DNA from: Porphyridium purpureum
Lineage: Eukaryota
DNA: 59,159 bases
Direction of reading: 5' to 3'
NCBI GenBank assembly: GCA_008690995.1
Contig: VRMN01000028.1
Coordinates: 1-59,159, forward strand
In this document: one piece after another, positions 53,773 through 59,159 of the stretch
How the letters are laid out: each line of letters starts with the position of its first letter
Numbering within the stretch: position 1 is the stretch's first letter
Program-made: the position numbers and the translations under genes
Notes under the pieces: generated by a model
Told to the model about the DNA's origin: nothing
What the model saw: only the letters and a program-made list of their open reading frames with translations
Database searches by the model: none

Positions 53773-55197
53773 ATGCGAGACGTGAGTCTGGTGGAAGCGT
53801 CGGCGCAGTGTGGGATGGGCGAATACGCCGAGCTGTGCGCAGATCTCGCACGGGCATTTGAGCGCGGCCGGAGCGTGGATTTGGGTTGACGGGATGGTCA
53901 GCTTGCCGCGTTGCAGAGGATGATGAGCGAGTGCGAGAACGCGTTGGCTGAAGCTCTAGCGGCAGATTTGGGTAGGTCGCACATGGAGGCATGGTTTACT
54001 GAAACTAGGTATGTAGCGCAGGACGCCAAATACATGCGCAGGCACTTGCGAAAGTGGGCGGGACCTCGCCATGTGAGTACGCCATTGGTGGGCTTCCCTG
54101 GAAGGAGCTGGACGCAAGCCAGGCCACGGGGCGTCGTTCTGATCATAGGTGCATGGAACTATCCCATTCAGACTGTATTATCAGGTGCGGCCGCCGCTAT
54201 TGCGGCAGGGAATTGCGTTGTGTTCAAGTCATCGGAGAAAGCTCCAGCTTCGTCCGCATTGCACGCACGGATCGTTGCTGAGTACCTGGATGAGCAGTGC
54301 ATCAGAATTATGGAAGGGGGTGCCGCCGAAGCTGCATGCTTGCTCGAGCTTCCTTGGTATTATATCATGTACACGGGCGGTGGGTGCGTAGTCCTACAAG
54401 CCGCTGCCAAGTATTTGACGCCAGTGACCCTTGAGCTTGGGGGGAAGGGCCCCTGCGTGGTGGTGGCCGACGCAGACCTTGGTGTTGCGGCAAAGCGTAT
54501 TGCCTGGGGCAAGTTTGTGAACGCCGGGTAGACGTGTATTGTGCCTGACTATGTCATTGCTCTGGGTACAGCGGCACAGCAGTCATTGGTCGCTGCGCTG
54601 CGGCTGGCGATCACGCGAATGTTAGGATATCAACCGAAGTTTTGAGACAGCTTTGGTCGGATTGTGAATGCGTTCCGCTTTGGGCGCTTGCAGGCGTTGG
54701 TTAGCGACGCGAATGCACACGTAGCCATCGGGGGCCAGACGAATGCCGAGACGCGTTACATCGCACCCACTGTTCTGACAAGTGTGCAGGAGGACAGTGC
54801 GGTCATGGAGGAAGAGCTTTTCGGGCCAGTGCTACCCATTCTTTGCTTTGAGAATCTGGATAGCGCTATTCACCTCATTTGTGCACGCGATAAGCCGCTT
54901 GCCAGCTACCCTTTCATCAAGGACTCGGCGACCGAGAGGCGTTTTGTTGAGCGCGTGAGCTGTGGGAACATGTGCATCAATGACACCATGTATTTCGCAG
55001 CCGTACATAAATTGCCATTTGGTGGTGTAGGTGCCAGTGGCATGGGCTGCTGGAGCGGCGAGCAGGGTTTCAAGACATTCAGCTACGTCAAAGCGGTTAT
55101 TAAGCGTGGTTGGTGGCCTGACTCTGACGTTCGTTTCGCGCCGTACTCTCAGAAAAAGCTCGCGCTGTTCAAACTGATTTTTGAACTGTCATCTTGA
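53773..55197 (+). pseudogene. Aldehyde dehydrogenase (ALDH3-like) pseudogene
   Basis: IGAWNYP, TLELGGK, NAG*TC, EELFGP, PFGGVGASGMG in one frame; stops at 53887, 54529 and 54643; short deletion at YTGG. Confidence 0.92.
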
Positions 55198-55272
55198 CGT
55201 GCTTGTCATGAATCGATGATCAAACCACGCCGCGCAGCAGCCACCGTGCTCTGTCTGCCTGACGGATGATTA

Positions 55273-58200
55273 CTCTAGGGTTACTCTGAATCGAGTTTAT
55301 TTTTAGAATTTAAACAATTCAGTGAATTGGCGACTCAGCCGGATCGGAGCTGAATTTGGATCAGCTCAGGAGCTGAATTGGAGGGCGCCGACCTCGTGAA
55401 TTGGGGGTGCTCGGTTCGGATGAGCTGAGCGCCCGCGTCACGTGGGGGAGCCAGCGCAGGCCGCTCGCCGTCAGGGCCGAGTGTCCGGCCGGGTACCGCA
55501 GGAGGATACCATGTGCGGCGGCGCGGTACACCGCTAGGGACACGGCCCGCGAGAGGACGGTCAGCGCCCAAGCGGGGCGGGACCTGGCGCACGCGGGCAA
55601 AGTCACGCGCGAGCCCGGAAAGAAGCGCACGTGCGGGCACATCCACGTTGCTGTACGTGGTGACGATGAAGGCCACCATGTTGGCGGCGTGGCCCGAGGA
55701 TCCGACTGGCGACGCAGCGCGGGCGGCAGCAAAGGAGCCGCGCTTGCGGGAACGAGCAGCGGCAACCCCGTCGGGCGCGACCACGGCAACGTCGACGACA
55801 TTGTTGTCGAAGGAAAAGTCGCCGGGTCGTGCGCTCGTTATGCCGGGCACGTCCTCGAGGCGCACCTCGCGGCGGACCGTGTGTCCCGCTGAGGTCGCAA
55901 AGCGGACGAGCACGTCAATGACCGCGGCATGGCGGCCGTACCGGGTCGGCCCCAGTGCGCAGTTTTGTGCATGGTGACCGAGCGCGTCCAGGAGTGCATC
56001 GCACGTGGCCGTTGTCCCGCGGACAATGGCCGGGCAGCGGAGGCCCGCAGAGCTCGCCACGCCAGCTACAGGCAGGCCCAGGAAGTGGCGCACTGCGGTG
56101 AACCAGGTGTCGCGGCCCAGGGCGGGTGACCACGGGATGCCACCGAGCACTGTGCCGGACGGCATGCCCAGCCAAGCCGCTGCATGCGGCGACGACAGGC
56201 TCTGGCGGCGGAAGCGTTCAGACGGCGTGGAGCCAGGCGCCGAGACCCAGTCTTTCTTCAGCAGTGAATAAAAGCGACTGAGGCCTCGGGCCTGGGAATC
56301 CAGCAGATCTTCGACTTCGGCGTCCGGGACGCCCGGCACCTGTTGCAGCCACGCCTCTTCGAGGTCGTGGAACTGTCGCCACCTCGCCAAATGCGACGGA
56401 CGAGCGCGCGGCGGCGGCGGGGGCTCCGGCGGTTGCCGCGACTGAGGCGCCACCGGAGGCGCGGCTTCCCGCTGGGCGCGTAGCACCTCACCTTCGTCCA
56501 GTGTGCGAGCAGCAGCGCGGCTGCCGGCAACGAAGCCTGGCAGGCTCATGTCGCGCAGGCTGGTCAGGCCCAGGCCGCCACACCGCAGCGGCAGGCGCCA
56601 TTCTGCGCGCCAGGAGCCATCTGCGTTCTGGCCGTCGGCTGCCGTTACGCCGAGCGTACGCGCCACAATGTGCCGCCACGCGTCATCAAACGCGGCGAAC
56701 CGGTCCAGCACCGCCTCTGGCGGGAGCGTGCGGGCCAGATGCACGACTCGCGCGGGCCCCACGCTTGCCCGGAGCAGGTGGTATGCCTCCTCGGGCTCGT
56801 GGATGCCGGCCACCTTGTCGGCGAGCTCGAGCGTCGCGGCCAGCGTCCTGTCCACGCAGCCAATGTCGCCGCCGGTATCCAGGACGGTGCCGAGCAGTGT
56901 GACACGGCTCCACGGCACCACAGGTAAGCCATGCAGGCTCGACAGCGCCGTAATGTCTGTCTCACAGCTACCCGGCGGCAGGACTAGCTCCGACTTGCGC
57001 CGATTAATCGACAAGTCGATTTCTCGCGCAGAGTGGTCCAGAGCCTCCAGGAACGCCACCAGGGAGCGGACTGGACCTGCAATGGCGCCGTCATCCAGGT
57101 ACCAGCATTGCACCAGCGCCTGGCCGGGTGCGTGCGTGATGTCTCTGGTCTGACGGTGCAGCGCCAGTGAGAAGAGGAGTGGGGCCAGCGGGTCGCCCTG
57201 CTGCACCCCAGACTCGCTCTTCAGGACGTGTTTGCCTGCTCGCAGCGGCGCAGGACAGGCGTAGCACGTGCGAACCAGCGGCCACAGGTGCGGAAACTGG
57301 GCCTGTACCAGTCGCATAAAGGCGGGGCGGCGCACCGTATTAAAGGCGTTCGAAATGTCCACCTTGAGCACGCCCCACCCGGGGTTGTCGAGCACGGCGA
57401 GGCGAGTGCGCATCACCATAGCCTCGAGCCCGGCCTTGCGGCCCACGCCATACTGGTCCGGGGCGAGCGTCTCCACTGCGTCATGTGCGAGGCTCGTCAC
57501 GGCCAGGCGGCCCAGCACGCGGCGGAAGATCTCGCCGATGGCAATGGGCCGCACGCCCCCATCTGGCTTGCGCAGAGGAATGAGCCTGGCGTGCGCCCAA
57601 AGCGCGCCAGCCTGCGGCTCCAGGCCTCGATGCACCACGCGGTCGAACAGCCCACACATGGCCGTCAGCACTTCAGCACCTGCGGCTGGCAAGCTGAGCG
57701 CCTGGTGCAGGAGGCTCGGAGACCACCGTGAGGGTCCCGCTGCACTGGTGTACGGGATACCCATCACTGCATTTTTCACCACTGCACGTTCGGCCAGCGG
57801 TGGCTGCGCATCGCGTACCTGCCCGCGCTGGCCAGTAGCGGGCAGCCGCGTCGGTCGCTGGCGGGTGCAATTCCCGGAGCCGAGCGAGGACTGCGTCCGT
57901 AGTGTCGTGGACACCGGCAGACTCCACCAGCCGTGCCGCCGCGCCGAGGTGTCGGGCGCGCACGTGCTTGACCACCTTGCTGCTGACCGTATGCCACGGC
58001 AGGTCGGTGGGCTGCCCGCCAGTCAGCTCTGGCACGGACGCCAGCAGCGCGGTCAGCTCTCCCTGGCGCCACTGCTTGAGCCGCGCCGTCGTGAGCCGGA
58101 CGCGCTCACGGGACGGCTGCTGGACCCCGGGCAGACACAGCACGAGTGTCGGAAACACCCACAGGCGTGCAATGGCGCGCACCTGGTCCGCCTCGGTCTC

Positions 58201-59159
58201 GGCCTCCTGCACGCCGGCCAAAAGACCAGCCAGCTCCAGGGCCACGTGCGTCGCCAGAGCCGGCGCCATGCGCTTCCACAGGTGGACCCGCAGTGCGAGT
58301 ATCCTGTCCAGGTACTCGTGCACCACGGGCACCGGCAGCCCAGCAAAGATGCGCTCCGTATCGTTCGCTGCATCTTCGTCACCAAGAGGGGCGGGTGGAG
58401 CAGGGGCAGCATCTTCCTCGGCATCAGTCCGTGTGCTGAAACCCCCAGGAGACCTACGAGGAGACCAGAAAACGCTGTACATCCACAGTACATCAGGTAT
58501 GTACAATCGTGGTTGAACCGTGTATACACCGCCCCACCGACCTGCTGTACCTTGTTGTCGTCGCCGTCGTTTGCGCGTCTGCGAGGATGTATAAGCGGCG
58601 AGGTAAGAGCGGCGCAGAGCGCGACCCGATCTAAGAAAGGGTAAGAGAGATGTTAGTGTGATGGAGGTAAAGTTGGTCCTGTTTGCTTTGCTTCTTCCTC
58701 TCCACCGTAACAATACGGTACACACGTGGTAGTAGTATCATTGACAATAGTGGTACTGTGAGTTACTGTGGCGGTTCTGTGTGGGAGGTGCCTAGGTACA
58801 GCGTTTTGCAGGAGACTTCTTAGTCTGTTCTGGGGAGACCTTCCTTACACCACTGTACTTAACGATGGTACTGTGGCTGTACGGCGGTTGTACAGCGTAT
58901 TGCTGGAGACTTGTCAGTCTGACCTGAGGAGACCTACCGTACACACACGTAAGGTCTTGCGACGGGAGGAGAAACATGTGTTGGAGCGGGAGTAGGAGGC
59001 TGTTGCTCGACAAAAGAATGGAGAGAATAGTATCTCATGTATGAATGTATCTTTGGATTCCCGCAAAGATTTTGGCGAGAGCTTTCTGAACAGTTTAGTG
59101 ATTTACGCTATATCGGCTTCTGTTGTTTTGTCGACGGTACGAACCGGTCTGGCCGCACG
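55273..59159 (-). mobile_element. CRE-like non-LTR retrotransposon copy 2, running to the window end
   Basis: Repeat of 2674..6555. Confidence 0.88.
55335..58500 (-). pseudogene. CRE-like RT, CCHC finger and restriction-like endonuclease; a single frameshift near 57820
   Basis: YLDDG; CDALLDALGHHAQNC; RHAAV..EV..RPGD..VDVAV; ORFs 57673..58725 and 55335..57914. Confidence 0.85.

Noticed and set aside
6833..54645. Alternative genetic code or stop read-through to explain the many in-frame stops
   Set aside because: The stops are a mix of TAA, TAG and TGA, replace different residues, and all three also end intact genes; ordinary pseudogenisation fits better
55335..57914. RT as a retron, DGR or group II intron
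   Set aside because: The CCHC finger and restriction-like endonuclease motifs and the eukaryotic context indicate a non-LTR retrotransposon

Overview
Eukaryotic, nearly intron-free DNA made mostly of nested transposable elements. A red alga is my inference for the host, from GalEa-like copias, a sulfotransferase-like gene and the composition. Host genes are few: a Sel1-repeat gene, a HEAT/ARM-repeat gene, a sulfotransferase-like gene and an ALDH3 pseudogene. Elements: two CRE-type non-LTR retrotransposons, two full copia elements plus a deleted one, an intact gypsy, two Tc1 (DD34E) copies, a Crypton tyrosine-recombinase element plus a fragment, and two Plavaka-like DNA transposons. The main candidate for an undescribed system is the Plavaka-like family. 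One copy is a complete 12,853-bp, five-gene element with 9-bp TIRs, a 2-bp TSD and subterminal repeats, and it encodes PHD-like and PWWP-like proteins. Each of the two elements is saturated, even inside coding DNA, with its own short motif (GGANTCC versus CGGAT), which resembles a sequence-specific self-recognition or anti-silencing system. Other highlights: five-level nesting, palindromes in place of the PBS in both copias, and heat-shock elements plus a -1 frameshift site in the gypsy. All calls come from reading the sequence; no searches were run and counts are manual.
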